From Gallionella sp. (GTDB lineage: Bacteria; Pseudomonadota; Gammaproteobacteria; Burkholderiales; Gallionellaceae): 49,551 nucleotides of DNA. The DNA is taken from assembly GCA_024653675.1 (NCBI GenBank), contig JANLIB010000164.1, positions 1 to 49,551 on the forward strand, given 5' to 3'. Shown here in pieces: positions 19,131 to 28,452 of this stretch. Numbering within the stretch: the first letter of the stretch is position 1; the number at the start of each line of letters is the position of its first letter. The position numbers and the translations under genes are program-made. The notes under the pieces are model-generated. The model had not been told where the DNA came from. It did no database searches and saw only the letters and a program-made list of their open reading frames with translations.

Positions 19131-19358
19131 ATGAACACACAACTCTTACAACAAGCCAGTGTGCTCGACACTGACGAGCAGATTGAACTGGTTGAGGCCA
19201 TCTGGGACGGCATCGTTAGTCGGGGTGCCGTACCCTCGTTGACAGAAGCGCAGAAAACAGAACTCGACCGCCGCCTCGCAGACCATCTTGCCAACCCAAA
19301 CGATGTGATTCCATGGAGTGAAGTTAAAGCTGCCGCTCTTGCCAAAATCAGGCAATGA
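19131..19358 (+). CDS. Addiction-module antitoxin (integron cassette 1)
   Basis: ELVEAIWDGI, LTEAQKTELDRRLADH, IPWSEVK. Confidence 0.85.
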   Translation: MNTQLLQQASVLDTDEQIELVEAIWDGIVSRGAVPSLTEAQKTELDRRLADHLANPNDVIPWSEVKAAALAKIRQ

Positions 19359-19651
19359 ACCTGCCCGTTTCTTTTCATCGTGCCGCAAGCACAGAGTTCA
19401 TCGAAGCAAGTGCATGGTATGAAAGCAAGCGACTTGGCCTTGCTCTTGAGTTCATGGCCGAGATTGACCGTTGCGTATCGCGGGCATCTGAACACCCTCT
19501 CCAGTTTGCCGTTGTTCGCGAGGACATTCGGCGTGTCGTCGCCAATCGTTTTCCATACAGCGTTTATTTTCGTGCGGAGCAACATCGCATTGTTGTTTTG
19601 GCGGTATTTCATGGCAGCAGAGACCCTGCCATTTGGCAGGGCAGAGCCTAA
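19355..19651 (+). CDS. RelE/ParE-family toxin (integron cassette 1)
   Basis: AWYESKRLGL..EF, RFPYSVYF, VLAVFHGSRDP. Confidence 0.88.
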   Translation: MNLPVSFHRAASTEFIEASAWYESKRLGLALEFMAEIDRCVSRASEHPLQFAVVREDIRRVVANRFPYSVYFRAEQHRIVVLAVFHGSRDPAIWQGRA

Positions 19652-19705
19652 TCCTTCGCTCAAACGGGACGCAAAAGCGCGCCGCCCATTACCTTTACAT
19701 TAGCG
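19646..19705 (+). mobile_element. Integron attC site (degenerate core)
   Basis: GCCTAAT-ccttcgctcaaacgggacgc...gcccattacctttac-ATTAGCG, starting at the toxin stop. Confidence 0.7.
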
Positions 19706-19733
19706 GATAGAAAATGCAATACGCGCATAGGCC

Positions 19734-20351
19734 ATGAAAATTCCGAAGCATCGTGAACAATCGCTGAAAGTGTTAGCTCACTTGGCACAATGGGATTTCC
19801 CGCCAGAGGTGCAGCAGCGAATTGGTGCTCTCGGCATAGTTTGGGGCGTGTTTGAGACGAACCTAGAAAACACATTATGGGCGCTTCGTGATGAGCAGGT
19901 AGTGGGCATCCGTCCGTCTACCGACAAGACGTCAATAAGCCAATGGATCGATGCCTTGGCAGAAGACTCGCCAAAGCTCAACACTGAAGAGCAAGACGTT
20001 CTGCGCTCGGCTTCCACTGCCGCAAAGGATCTGATGGAATACCGACATGCACTCGTACACGGATCGCTAATTCCATTTCAGACAATACCAACTTTCATTC
20101 GTAACCCAACATGGAATGGAGAGAAACGAAAACGACCGACAAGTGACGCTCACGTAGACGAGAACTTGCTCGATATGGCGATCGACGCTACGTGGATTCT
20201 TTGTAGAGTTGTTTTTGCTGCCAAAGCGGCCTGCTCGGATGCACGCCAAGCTAACACGCTTACGGCGCTGAAGAACGAGGTTTCTCGTGCCAAAAGCGAA
20301 GCCAATGAACTCCGGCACCTGACTGCATTGATGAACCATGAGAAGCACTGA
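19734..20351 (+). CDS. Hypothetical protein (integron cassette 2)
   Basis: 205-aa ORF between two attC sites; family not recognised. Confidence 0.7.
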   Translation: MKIPKHREQSLKVLAHLAQWDFPPEVQQRIGALGIVWGVFETNLENTLWALRDEQVVGIRPSTDKTSISQWIDALAEDSPKLNTEEQDVLRSASTAAKDLMEYRHALVHGSLIPFQTIPTFIRNPTWNGEKRKRPTSDAHVDENLLDMAIDATWILCRVVFAAKAACSDARQANTLTALKNEVSRAKSEANELRHLTALMNHEKH

Positions 20352-20360
20352 TCGTCAGCC

Positions 20361-20434
20361 CGCTAACAACTCCGCGTCGAGCTGACCTCGGGGACGCTGG
20401 CGCGCCCCTCAGCAGCTCACATAGAACGTTAGGT
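20361..20434 (+). mobile_element. Integron attC site
   Basis: CGCTAAC...gagctgacctcggggacgctggcgcgcccctcagcagctc...GTTAGGT. Confidence 0.8.
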
Positions 20435-20665
20435 GTCTGCATGACCATCCCGCAAGATTACCCATCGATATCGTTATTGTTCTTATTAAGACGATCTTTG
20501 AGTTGAGCGGCTGTGTTTTTTCGTCCATAAATTCGTTCCCCCCAAACCAATTGCAACGAAATTTTTATGCGCTGGTACTGGGTGGATTCACATTGCGTGA
20601 ATCAATTGAGTCTCTGGACTTGCCCGGGTTTTCATTATTGGCAGGGCACTTCAGCTCTCTTTGGC

Positions 20666-21361
20666 CTATGGACTACGCTCAACGAAGTACCCTTCGCCGT
20701 AGTCCAGAATGTAGACGTTGCGGAAATTGTTGAGCGAGACATTGCTCAAAGCTGCATTGGCAATGCAAGCGAAAGTCTGCGGGTTAATTGCCTCATGATA
20801 GGTGACGGCATGCACGATCAAGTCGCAGTCGGGTATCCGGTGATCCTGCTTACCTTTCAGGGCATTAATCAGACCTTCCAAGTAAGGACGATCTCGTTCC
20901 TCCGTCGATATGATCTCTTCCCAATTGGAAATCAATCCATCAGAATTCTTGCGGTATGGCCCCCAGCCCGAGCTTTGACCCTCCCGGTTGAGCTTTGCCA
21001 TGTGAAGCTTGTGATCGAAACCCCAGTTCGGATTGTCAGGCGTCCAGATCGGCCCTGCTCGCGTCACTTGCAGCCTACGTGTAGCTTCTCCGACGACTTT
21101 CAGCTCGAAGTCCGCGTCCGCGCCTTCATCGCAGATTTTAAATTGCGCGTCCTCCGCAAGATGAGTCTGCTCTGCGAAATACCGTAGCGGGTAGAGTTCA
21201 TCGTTGCGCAGCTTCATCCAAGGCTGGCGAGCAAGCCTCAGCTCGTCATCGAGTTGTTTGTCCTGTCGGCGCGCCACCAACAAGGCGTCTTCAAAATCTG
21301 CTAGTTCTTTAAGCGAGTACCACGACTGTCGCATGAAAGGGAATATTATCTCAAGCATCAT
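20666..21361 (-). CDS. Hypothetical protein
   Basis: 231-aa ORF with protein-like composition in the lower-GC island; family not recognised. Confidence 0.55.
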   Translation of the reverse strand: MMLEIIFPFMRQSWYSLKELADFEDALLVARRQDKQLDDELRLARQPWMKLRNDELYPLRYFAEQTHLAEDAQFKICDEGADADFELKVVGEATRRLQVTRAGPIWTPDNPNWGFDHKLHMAKLNREGQSSGWGPYRKNSDGLISNWEEIISTEERDRPYLEGLINALKGKQDHRIPDCDLIVHAVTYHEAINPQTFACIANAALSNVSLNNFRNVYILDYGEGYFVERSP

Positions 21362-21500
21362 TGCCCCTACTCTTCTTCGATAATTTTGCCAAGTAGCGTG
21401 CTATTAAACTAGACGGTCTCACCATATGAGCTAGCCCAGCCTTCCCTCTAAGGTACAACTCTTGAAAGAGAATTTAGGTGTTTGGCTGGCTGTTAGTTTC

Positions 21501-22892
21501 CTATGGGATATTAGTGGGGGTGGTTTTGTCTACGGTTGTCCCATCTCCAATTTGGCCATAGTAGTTTCGCCCCCACGCCCACAATGTGCCATCGGTTTTT
21601 ATTGCAATCGTATGATTTTCACCTGCAGAAACTGTGCCCCAATTTGTTATCGAGGCGACCTGGATTGGGAAAGTGCTATTTGTCGTTGTTCCATTGCCAA
21701 GTGGACCGAAATTATTATATCCCCACGCCCATAGAGTGCCATTAGTCTGTACGCCCATAGTATGTCCGCAGCCAGTAGAAATATTGGCCCAATTTGCTGT
21801 GCCAATTTGAGTCGGAGTGGGCTTGTTTATGGTTGTGCCGTCCCCGAGCTGTCCCAAAGAATTATCTCCCCACGCCCATAGTGTGCCATTAGTTTGTATA
21901 CCCAAAGTTTGTGAGCAGCCAGCAGAAATATTGGTCCAATTTGCTGTGCCAATTTGTGTCGGAGTGGGCTTGTTTAAGGTTGTGCCATCCCCGATCTGCC
22001 CACCAGAATTTTCTCCCCACGCCCATAGAGTGCCATCTGAACGTAGAGCAACAGTATGGTTATAACCGGCTGAAACTGCACCCCAATTGTTGGCTACGCC
22101 AATTTGGGTTGGTACGTTTTTGTTGATTATCGTGCCATCGCCTAGTTGGCCAGAGGCATTCAGACCCCACGCCCAAAGAGTGCCATCAGTTTTTATTGCT
22201 ACAGTATGAGAGTAGCCGGCTGATACTGAAGCCCAATTTGTTGCCGATCCAATTTGGCTCACGCTGCCTCTAGCTGAGGTTGATCCATTCCCGAGTTGAC
22301 CACTGTTATTGCCGCCCCATGCCCACAACGTGCCATCAGCTTTTATTGCAACTGTATGAATTCCGCCTGAAGAGACTGATGCCCAGTTTGTCAATAAGCC
22401 AACTTGTACTGGAGAGGTTCTATTCGTTAGCGTGCCATCAACTTGGCCAAACCCATTGTCGCCCCATCCCCATAGTGAGCCATCTGTTTTGATAGCCAAA
22501 CTTTGTTGACTGCCCGCATCGAGATATGCCCAGCTTGGAGCAACAGTAGCTCCACAATTGATCATAATGTTAGTAACGTTAGCATTGTTAACTGTGCCTG
22601 CACCATTTGTGACTGCACATGTTTGCCCACTCGGTTGAGTCAAAACCGTAACCGAATAAGCAGAGCCTGTCGGCAAACTGGTAGGCATGTAAACACTGCC
22701 ATTAGCTGTGACACTCGAATTGTCACCACCATTATTTTGAAGCACCAGCGTGCCAGTTAATCCGGAAATGGTTCCGCCGATTGTGTAGAAAGTTGCAGTA
22801 GTAGTCGGCGAAGTAGCAGGTGTGTTGCCACCACAACTTACTAGAAATAACGAGAGAATTAACGCCAAAGCTGATGCTGAGTTGAAACGCAT
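21501..22892 (-). CDS. RCC1/BLIP-II repeat beta-propeller lipoprotein
   Basis: Lipobox LFLVSC, a small beta-rich domain, then ~7 repeats of W..VSAG..HT.AIKTDGTLWAWG.N..GQLGDGT; AT-rich codon usage. Confidence 0.9.
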   Translation of the reverse strand: MRFNSASALALILSLFLVSCGGNTPATSPTTTATFYTIGGTISGLTGTLVLQNNGGDNSSVTANGSVYMPTSLPTGSAYSVTVLTQPSGQTCAVTNGAGTVNNANVTNIMINCGATVAPSWAYLDAGSQQSLAIKTDGSLWGWGDNGFGQVDGTLTNRTSPVQVGLLTNWASVSSGGIHTVAIKADGTLWAWGGNNSGQLGNGSTSARGSVSQIGSATNWASVSAGYSHTVAIKTDGTLWAWGLNASGQLGDGTIINKNVPTQIGVANNWGAVSAGYNHTVALRSDGTLWAWGENSGGQIGDGTTLNKPTPTQIGTANWTNISAGCSQTLGIQTNGTLWAWGDNSLGQLGDGTTINKPTPTQIGTANWANISTGCGHTMGVQTNGTLWAWGYNNFGPLGNGTTTNSTFPIQVASITNWGTVSAGENHTIAIKTDGTLWAWGRNYYGQIGDGTTVDKTTPTNIP

Positions 22893-23089
22893 GTTGCGCC
22901 CCTTTTTATATGGTCTTGGAAAAGTATCCCCTCATTCCGCAATAACACAAGGGCAATAATGGACAGTCCACAATTATTCTGCTTTGAAAGAATTAAAGAG
23001 CCTAGGCTAATTGATTTCAACCACTGAACATCGACCTAGGTTTTAATTTTACTCCATACCAAAGCGCATCGCTTCATTCCTGAACCACC

Positions 23090-23545
23090 CTACGCCCACC
23101 CCGCCCCGATCACCGCCACGCACACAATCAACAGCCCCAGAGTCAGATTCACCGCGATCAGTTTGCGTATCCTGCCCAGCATCTCTCCCGCTTCTTTCCA
23201 GCGTTGTTTGGAGACATTCAAACTGAGCGGCACATAGCAGCCGAAGTACACATAAATATAGATCGCCATCATCGTCAATCCCGTCGCCAGCATGGCGTGG
23301 ACATGCCATCCCGCGTGCGCGATGCCGCCATAAAGATAGATCATGTAAAAACCGCTGACCAGCAGCACGCCGACCGCGCCCCATACCCAGTTGAAAAAAC
23401 GGAAAAACACCATATCCCACAGGCGCAGCCGGTGCGGCGGTTCAAGCACTTCGACGGCAGCGGGGCGCAACACGACATAGGCGAAGAACATGCCGCCCAC
23501 CCAGATCAGGGCGGCAAGCAGGTGGATGAGTTTGAACAAGGTCAT
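23090..23545 (-). CDS. CopD-like integral membrane protein
   Basis: HLLAALIWVGGMFFA..VLRP; four hydrophobic segments. Confidence 0.75.
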   Translation of the reverse strand: MTLFKLIHLLAALIWVGGMFFAYVVLRPAAVEVLEPPHRLRLWDMVFFRFFNWVWGAVGVLLVSGFYMIYLYGGIAHAGWHVHAMLATGLTMMAIYIYVYFGCYVPLSLNVSKQRWKEAGEMLGRIRKLIAVNLTLGLLIVCVAVIGAGWA

Positions 23546-23573
23546 GGTTTATTATCCTGGAAAAAGCAGTTAT

Positions 23574-23726
23574 CCACGAAAGGCGCGAAAAACACGAAAT
23601 GGGGTAAGTAGGCAATAGCTCGCAAAAATTCAAAGGACTTCATGCCGCAAAGTGATACCTGATGAGTGGGTCGCCGAACCTCAACAACATTTTGCTTTAT
23701 TTCGCGCCTTTCGTGTTTTTCGTGGA
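23574..23726. repeat. Inverted doublet of CCACGAAA(9-mer)x3 repeats
   Basis: ccacgaaaggcgcgaaaaacacgaaa ... tttcgcgcctttcgtgtttttcgtgg; the right arm encodes the rnhB C-terminus. Confidence 0.85.
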
Positions 23727-24293
23727 CAAAAGCTCGCGCACCGGCCTGAAACTTTTGCGATGCACGATCGATACGCCATGCTCGCGCAACGCAGCGAGGT
23801 GCGCGGCGGTGGGATAGCCTTTGTGCTCGGCAAAACCGTAATGCGGATATTGTTCGTGCAGCTCTATCATCAGCGCGTCGCGCGCAGTCTTCGCCAGTAT
23901 CGAAGCGGCGGAAATCGCGGCGACCTTGCTGTCGCCCTTTACGATCGCCTGGCTGGGAATGCCGGTCTGCGGGCAATACAGGCCGTCAACCAGCACTTGC
24001 TGCGGCTGGATCTTCAAAGCCAGAACTGCGCGGCGCATCGCCAGCAGCGAGGCTTGCAGGATATTGAGCCGGTCTATCTCGCCGACTTCGGCGTAGGCCA
24101 CCGCCCATGCCAGCGCGCGTTCGCGAATGATGATCGCCAACCGGTCGCGCTGCGGCGCGGAAAGTTTTTTGGAATCCGCCAAGCCGGCGATCGGGTAGTC
24201 ATCGTCGAGTATCACCGCCGCCGCGCTGACCGGGCCGGCCAGCGGACCGCGCCCGGCCTCGTCCACACCGCAGATGATTAGCGTTGGGCACAT
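23697..24293 (-). CDS. rnhB: Ribonuclease HII
   Basis: [37 protein letters not shown]. Confidence 0.96.
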   Translation of the reverse strand: MCPTLIICGVDEAGRGPLAGPVSAAAVILDDDYPIAGLADSKKLSAPQRDRLAIIIRERALAWAVAYAEVGEIDRLNILQASLLAMRRAVLALKIQPQQVLVDGLYCPQTGIPSQAIVKGDSKVAAISAASILAKTARDALMIELHEQYPHYGFAEHKGYPTAAHLAALREHGVSIVHRKSFRPVRELLSTKNTKGAK

Positions 24294-24318
24294 TTGTTTC
24301 CCGTCCCACAAAAACTTG

Positions 24319-24399
24319 TCCACGAAAAACACGAAAAGCACGAAAATTTTTTATGTGCTGCATGTTGGTTAATTTCGTGTTTTTCGTGTTTTTCGTGGA
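24319..24399. repeat. CCACGAAA x3 inverted doublet
   Basis: tccacgaaaaacacgaaaagcacgaaa ... tttcgtgtttttcgtgtttttcgtgga. Confidence 0.85.
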
Positions 24400-24416
24400 C
24401 AGATTGGTTTCCCATT

Positions 24417-25568
24417 TCATCCCTTCAGATACGGCAGGATGGCCGCAGCGGCTTTCTGCGCGGTGTTCTGGCGCAGCGTTCTGTGCAGCCCGGTAAATAT
24501 CTGCTCCAGTTCCATGACCGCATTCTTGTCATTGACCAGGTTGAGCAGCGCCTGCGCGAGATTCTCCGGCGTGGCATCTTCCTGCATCAATTCCGGCACG
24601 ACAAATCGCCCGCTCAGGATGTTGGGCAAGCCGTAATACGGCTGGTAGCCCTTTGGTTTCATCAGGCGCCACGTCAGCGCGTTCATGCGATAGGTGATCA
24701 CCATCGGACGCTTGAGCAGCGCGGCTTCCAGCGTAGCGGTCCCGGAGGCGACCAGCACGCCGTCGGCTGCGATCATCGCATCCTGAGCATGCCCGAACAG
24801 CAAGGTGATCGGCAACTCATAGGCTTCGGAATCACGGATAGCCTGTTCAAATATCCCGCGCGTCTCGCGGCTCACCAGTGGCACCAGGAAGCGCGCTTCA
24901 GGGAATTTTTTCAGGATCAGCCTGGCGGTTTCGATATAGGTGTGCGCCAGGCGTTTGACTTCGCTCTGGCGGCTGCCGGGCAGAAATGCAAATACTTTCG
25001 CTTGCGGCGGAATGCGCATCGTTTCGCGCATCTCGGCGCGTTTCGGCTGCTCCGGCAATATATCGGCGAGCGGATGCCCGACATAATCCACCGGCACGCC
25101 GGCCTGTTGATAGAGTTTGGGCTCATGCGGAAACAGGGCAAGCATATGCGTCACTGCGCGCTTGATCTTGTGGATACGCTCGCCGCGCCATGCCCATATC
25201 GACGGACTGACGTAATGCACGGTGGGAATGCCATGTTGTTTGAGCGCCAGTTCCAGATCGAGATTGAAATCGGGCGCATCCACCGCGATGAACAAGTCCG
25301 GGCGGTGCTCCAGAAAATAGGCGCGCAGTTTGCGGCGTATGCCGGCGATCTCGCGGTAATGGCGCAGCACTTCGATGTAACCGTTCACCGCCAGCTTTTC
25401 CATCGGGAACAACACATCCATTCCCTCAGATTGCATCTTGGGCCCGCCGATGCCCACGAACTTCACATCGGGCCGGGATTCCTTGATTGCAGCCATCAAA
25501 TGGCTGCTGAGCATATCCCCGGACGCTTCGCCCGCGACAATACCTATTGTGATTTTTTTTTGCGGCAT
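24417..25568 (-). CDS. lpxB: Lipid-A-disaccharide synthase
   Basis: AGEASGD, DAPDFN, YVSPSIWAWR, LPGSR, SGTATLE. Confidence 0.97.
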   Translation of the reverse strand: MPQKKITIGIVAGEASGDMLSSHLMAAIKESRPDVKFVGIGGPKMQSEGMDVLFPMEKLAVNGYIEVLRHYREIAGIRRKLRAYFLEHRPDLFIAVDAPDFNLDLELALKQHGIPTVHYVSPSIWAWRGERIHKIKRAVTHMLALFPHEPKLYQQAGVPVDYVGHPLADILPEQPKRAEMRETMRIPPQAKVFAFLPGSRQSEVKRLAHTYIETARLILKKFPEARFLVPLVSRETRGIFEQAIRDSEAYELPITLLFGHAQDAMIAADGVLVASGTATLEAALLKRPMVITYRMNALTWRLMKPKGYQPYYGLPNILSGRFVVPELMQEDATPENLAQALLNLVNDKNAVMELEQIFTGLHRTLRQNTAQKAAAAILPYLKG

Positions 25569-25579
25569 GAAAAAACCTT

Positions 25580-25900
25580 TACCCTGGAAACGGCGATTGA
25601 TCCACGAAAAACACGAAAGACACGAACAAATCGATATGTTGCCGTGATTATTGATCCGGCACGAATAGAAATTACATTCCGTTCGGCCTGAGCCTGTCGA
25701 AGGCCATTAGCCATACATGTTTCGACATAGCCATTCGACTAGGCCATCAAAAGACGATAGCCAAGTCGCTGGTTATCAAGACGAACGGCTTCATACTTTA
25801 TTCGTGCCGAATCTATAAGTTGGCACTTTATCCACCCTACCGAACTCACACCTTTTCGTGCTTTTTGTGTTTTTCGTGGACAAACTGGTTTTTCCAGGTT
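25580..25900. mobile_element. Multiply nested repeat/MITE composite
   Basis: Outer cctggaaa/tttccagg ends; CCACGAAA arms; inner TIR gatccggcacgaata/tattcgtgccgaatc; CCGTTCG..GTCGAAG pair; mini-insert at 25727-25776. Confidence 0.75.
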
Positions 25901-26670
25901 TAACGAATGATGCCGCGTGTTGTGGCGGCGAGAAACTCTACCAGCGGCTGCAGCTCGGCATGTTCAGCCGCTTGCGACCGGATCACTGCTTTAGCTTCCT
26001 CGAAACTGAGGCCGGATTTATACAGGGTCTTGTAGGCGCGCTTAATCGCCATGATCGCCTCACCTGAAAACCCGCGCCGCTTCAAGCCTTCCGAATTGAT
26101 GCCATGCGGCGCGCAGGGATTGCCGGAGGCCATCACATAAGGAGGAACATCCTGCAGCAATACCGTGCTCACGCCGGTCATGATGTGCGCGCCGATCCTG
26201 ACGAACTGGTGCACCCCGGTGAATCCGGCCAATATCGCGTGATCGCCGACCTCGACGTGGCCGGCCAATTGTGTGCAGTTGGCGAGGATGACGTGGTCGC
26301 CCACCTGGCAATCATGCGCGACGTGCACATAGGCCATGACCCAGTTATGGTTGCCCATGCGCGTCACGCCGACATCCTGCGCGGTGCCGATATTGAAAGT
26401 GCAGAATTCGCGAATGGTATTGTGATCGCCGATCTCCAGGCGGGTCGGCTCGTTTTTGTATTTCTTGTCCTGCGGGATCTCGCCCAATGAGCAGAATTGA
26501 AAAATGCGGTTGTGCTGGCCGATGCGCGTGCGTCCGTTGATCACCACATGCGGGCCGATCACCGTGCCGACGCCGATCTCGACGTGTTCGCCGATGATGG
26601 AATAGGCGCCCACCTCGATATCGCCGGCAAGTTTCGCATTCGGGTGAATGATGGCTGTTGGATGAATCAT
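25900..26670 (-). CDS. lpxA: UDP-N-acetylglucosamine O-acyltransferase
   Basis: IHPTAII, hexapeptide repeats, PQDKKY, HVAHDC, GLKRRGF. Confidence 0.97.
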   Translation of the reverse strand: MIHPTAIIHPNAKLAGDIEVGAYSIIGEHVEIGVGTVIGPHVVINGRTRIGQHNRIFQFCSLGEIPQDKKYKNEPTRLEIGDHNTIREFCTFNIGTAQDVGVTRMGNHNWVMAYVHVAHDCQVGDHVILANCTQLAGHVEVGDHAILAGFTGVHQFVRIGAHIMTGVSTVLLQDVPPYVMASGNPCAPHGINSEGLKRRGFSGEAIMAIKRAYKTLYKSGLSFEEAKAVIRSQAAEHAELQPLVEFLAATTRGIIR

Positions 26671-26682
26671 CAAGAACTTGTC

Positions 26683-27132
26683 CTATACCACCGTCTTGAC
26701 TGTGCACATCAGTTCCGCCTCGGCGGCCAACTTGCCATCCACTTCGGCAGTCGCACTGAACTTGAACAGGCCGCGCTTGCTGCGCAACAGGGTGACCTTG
26801 ATGATCAATTGGTCGCCGGGGCCGACCGGTTGCCTGAAGCGCGCGCCGTCTATGCCGGCAAAGTAATACACCGATTTTTTGTCGGCTCCCGCTCCCATGG
26901 ACTTGAACGACAGCAGCGCGGCGGCTTGCGCCATGGCCTCGACGACCAGCACGCCGGGCATCACCGGATGATGCGGGTAATGTCCCGGGAAGAAAGGCTC
27001 GTTGATGGTCACGTTTTTCAGCGCTACGATGCTCTTGTCGGGTTCCATGGACAGCACGCGGTCTATCAGCAGGAACGGATAGCGGTGCGGCAGCAGTTCG
27101 ATAATCTCGTTGATATCCATTTGTATACTCAT
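26683..27132 (-). CDS. fabZ: 3-hydroxyacyl-ACP dehydratase
   Basis: [36 protein letters not shown]. Confidence 0.97.
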   Translation of the reverse strand: MSIQMDINEIIELLPHRYPFLLIDRVLSMEPDKSIVALKNVTINEPFFPGHYPHHPVMPGVLVVEAMAQAAALLSFKSMGAGADKKSVYYFAGIDGARFRQPVGPGDQLIIKVTLLRSKRGLFKFSATAEVDGKLAAEAELMCTVKTVV

Positions 27133-28196
27133 CAGACTTTCCTTTTCTCCGGCTCCCTTGAAGGCGCCTGTTTTAATGATTCGATTTGCTGTTCCAATGC
27201 CTTGATGCGCCTGGCCAATTCGTCCAGATGGCGCAGGTGCACGGCGTTTTTGCGCCAGTCTTTGGTCGCCGCAAACGGAAATATCCCCGAGTATGAACCG
27301 GGTTCGCGGATGGATTTGCCGATCAGCGTGAACGCGGCGATCTCCACATGATCCGCTATTTGCAGATGCCCCAGAATGCCGGCGCTGCCGCCTATCCTGC
27401 AATAGCTGCCGATGGTAGTGCTGCCGGCGATGCCGACACAACCGGCGATGGCGGTATGCGCGCCGATGCGCACGTTGTGCGCGATCTGTATCTGGTTATC
27501 CAGTTTTACCCCATCCTCGATCACCGTGTCATCCAGCGCGCCGCGGTCTATGGTGGTGTTTGCGCCTATCTCCACGTCATTGCCGATTACCACCCGTCCG
27601 ATCTGCGGAATCTTGATCCAGCGCCCCTGATCCATCGCGATGCCGAAACCATCGGCGCCGATCACCGCGCCCGAATGCGCGATCAGGTCATCGCCTATCA
27701 CACAGTCGTGATAGATCACCACACGCGGGTACAGGCGCGCGCGGCTGCCGATGACGGCATTCGCGCCGATACTGCATCCCTCGCCGATCACGCTGTGCGC
27801 GCCTATCGTTGCGCCTTCGCCGATCACCGCGGTCGCGGCGATGCTGGCCGTCCTGTCGATTTTTGCGCCTGTGCCGACGACCGCGCCGGGATGCACTCCC
27901 GGCCTGGCTTCCGGCAGGGGGTTGAGCAGCGCGGAGACTTTGGCGAAATAGGCATAGGGATTATCTGAAATGATGCGCGGCAAATCGGTCGCATCCGCAT
28001 CACCCTCGGCAAGAATCACCGCGCCCGCCCGGGTGCCTGCAAGCTGCGCGCGATATTTGCTGTTGGCAAGAAAGCTGATCTGTGATGAATTGGCGGTTTC
28101 CAGCGTTGCGATCTGCGAGATGCGCACTTCGGCATCGCCCATTACGCGCCCGCCCAGCTGCGCCGCGATCTCGGATAACCGGTAGGAGACAGTCAT
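27132..28196 (-). CDS. lpxD: UDP-3-O-acylglucosamine N-acyltransferase
   Basis: Hexapeptide repeats, [25 protein letters not shown]; ATG at 28196 (the longer ORF runs into a MITE). Confidence 0.96.
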   Translation of the reverse strand: MTVSYRLSEIAAQLGGRVMGDAEVRISQIATLETANSSQISFLANSKYRAQLAGTRAGAVILAEGDADATDLPRIISDNPYAYFAKVSALLNPLPEARPGVHPGAVVGTGAKIDRTASIAATAVIGEGATIGAHSVIGEGCSIGANAVIGSRARLYPRVVIYHDCVIGDDLIAHSGAVIGADGFGIAMDQGRWIKIPQIGRVVIGNDVEIGANTTIDRGALDDTVIEDGVKLDNQIQIAHNVRIGAHTAIAGCVGIAGSTTIGSYCRIGGSAGILGHLQIADHVEIAAFTLIGKSIREPGSYSGIFPFAATKDWRKNAVHLRHLDELARRIKALEQQIESLKQAPSREPEKRKV

Positions 28197-28202
28197 GCCA
28201 TC

Positions 28203-28442
28203 AACCTGGAAACCTCGGTTGGACGGGGTGGAGTGTGCGGTTATGGGGGTGCAGGGCAAGGCGCAACGACGCGGAATGGCCGTTCCATTCCAAGGAGTTG
28301 CAACGCCGCCATGCGCCGCCAGAACCGCGCAATCCGCCACGTAGCGCGCTCACCCGATTGGTGAAACGGTTGAACAACAAAAAGGGCAATTTGGTCATTG
28401 CATTATGCGCGCAAGTAAGCGGTCAACTGAGGTTTCCAGGTT
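28203..28442. mobile_element. 240-bp MITE between skp and lpxD
   Basis: TIR aacctggaaacctcggttg / caactgaggtttccaggtt. Confidence 0.85.
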
Positions 28443-28452
28443 CAATGCTCTC

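Noticed and set aside
20440-20665. Possible third integron cassette
   Set aside because: Only short broken frames and no further attC were recognised.
21501-22500. Regular ~150-bp periodicity resembling an array
   Set aside because: It is the coding repeat of the RCC1-like protein, not CRISPR; there are no constant repeats with unique spacers and no cas genes.
24285-24415. Degenerate 20-bp direct repeat flanking the CCACGAAA doublet between rnhB and lpxB
   Set aside because: The match is 16/20 and partly overlaps the repeat arm, too weak to call a target duplication.
23574-25880. CACGAAA repeats as a possible CRISPR
   Set aside because: The units are 9-bp triplets in inverted pairs at gene junctions, not direct repeats with spacers.
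28197-28340. N-terminal extensions in the ORF track for lpxD, smpB, the gspC-like gene, msrA, RAYT 2, rnhB and DUF559
   Set aside because: They are open frames running through MITEs or repeats; downstream ATGs match the family N-termini.
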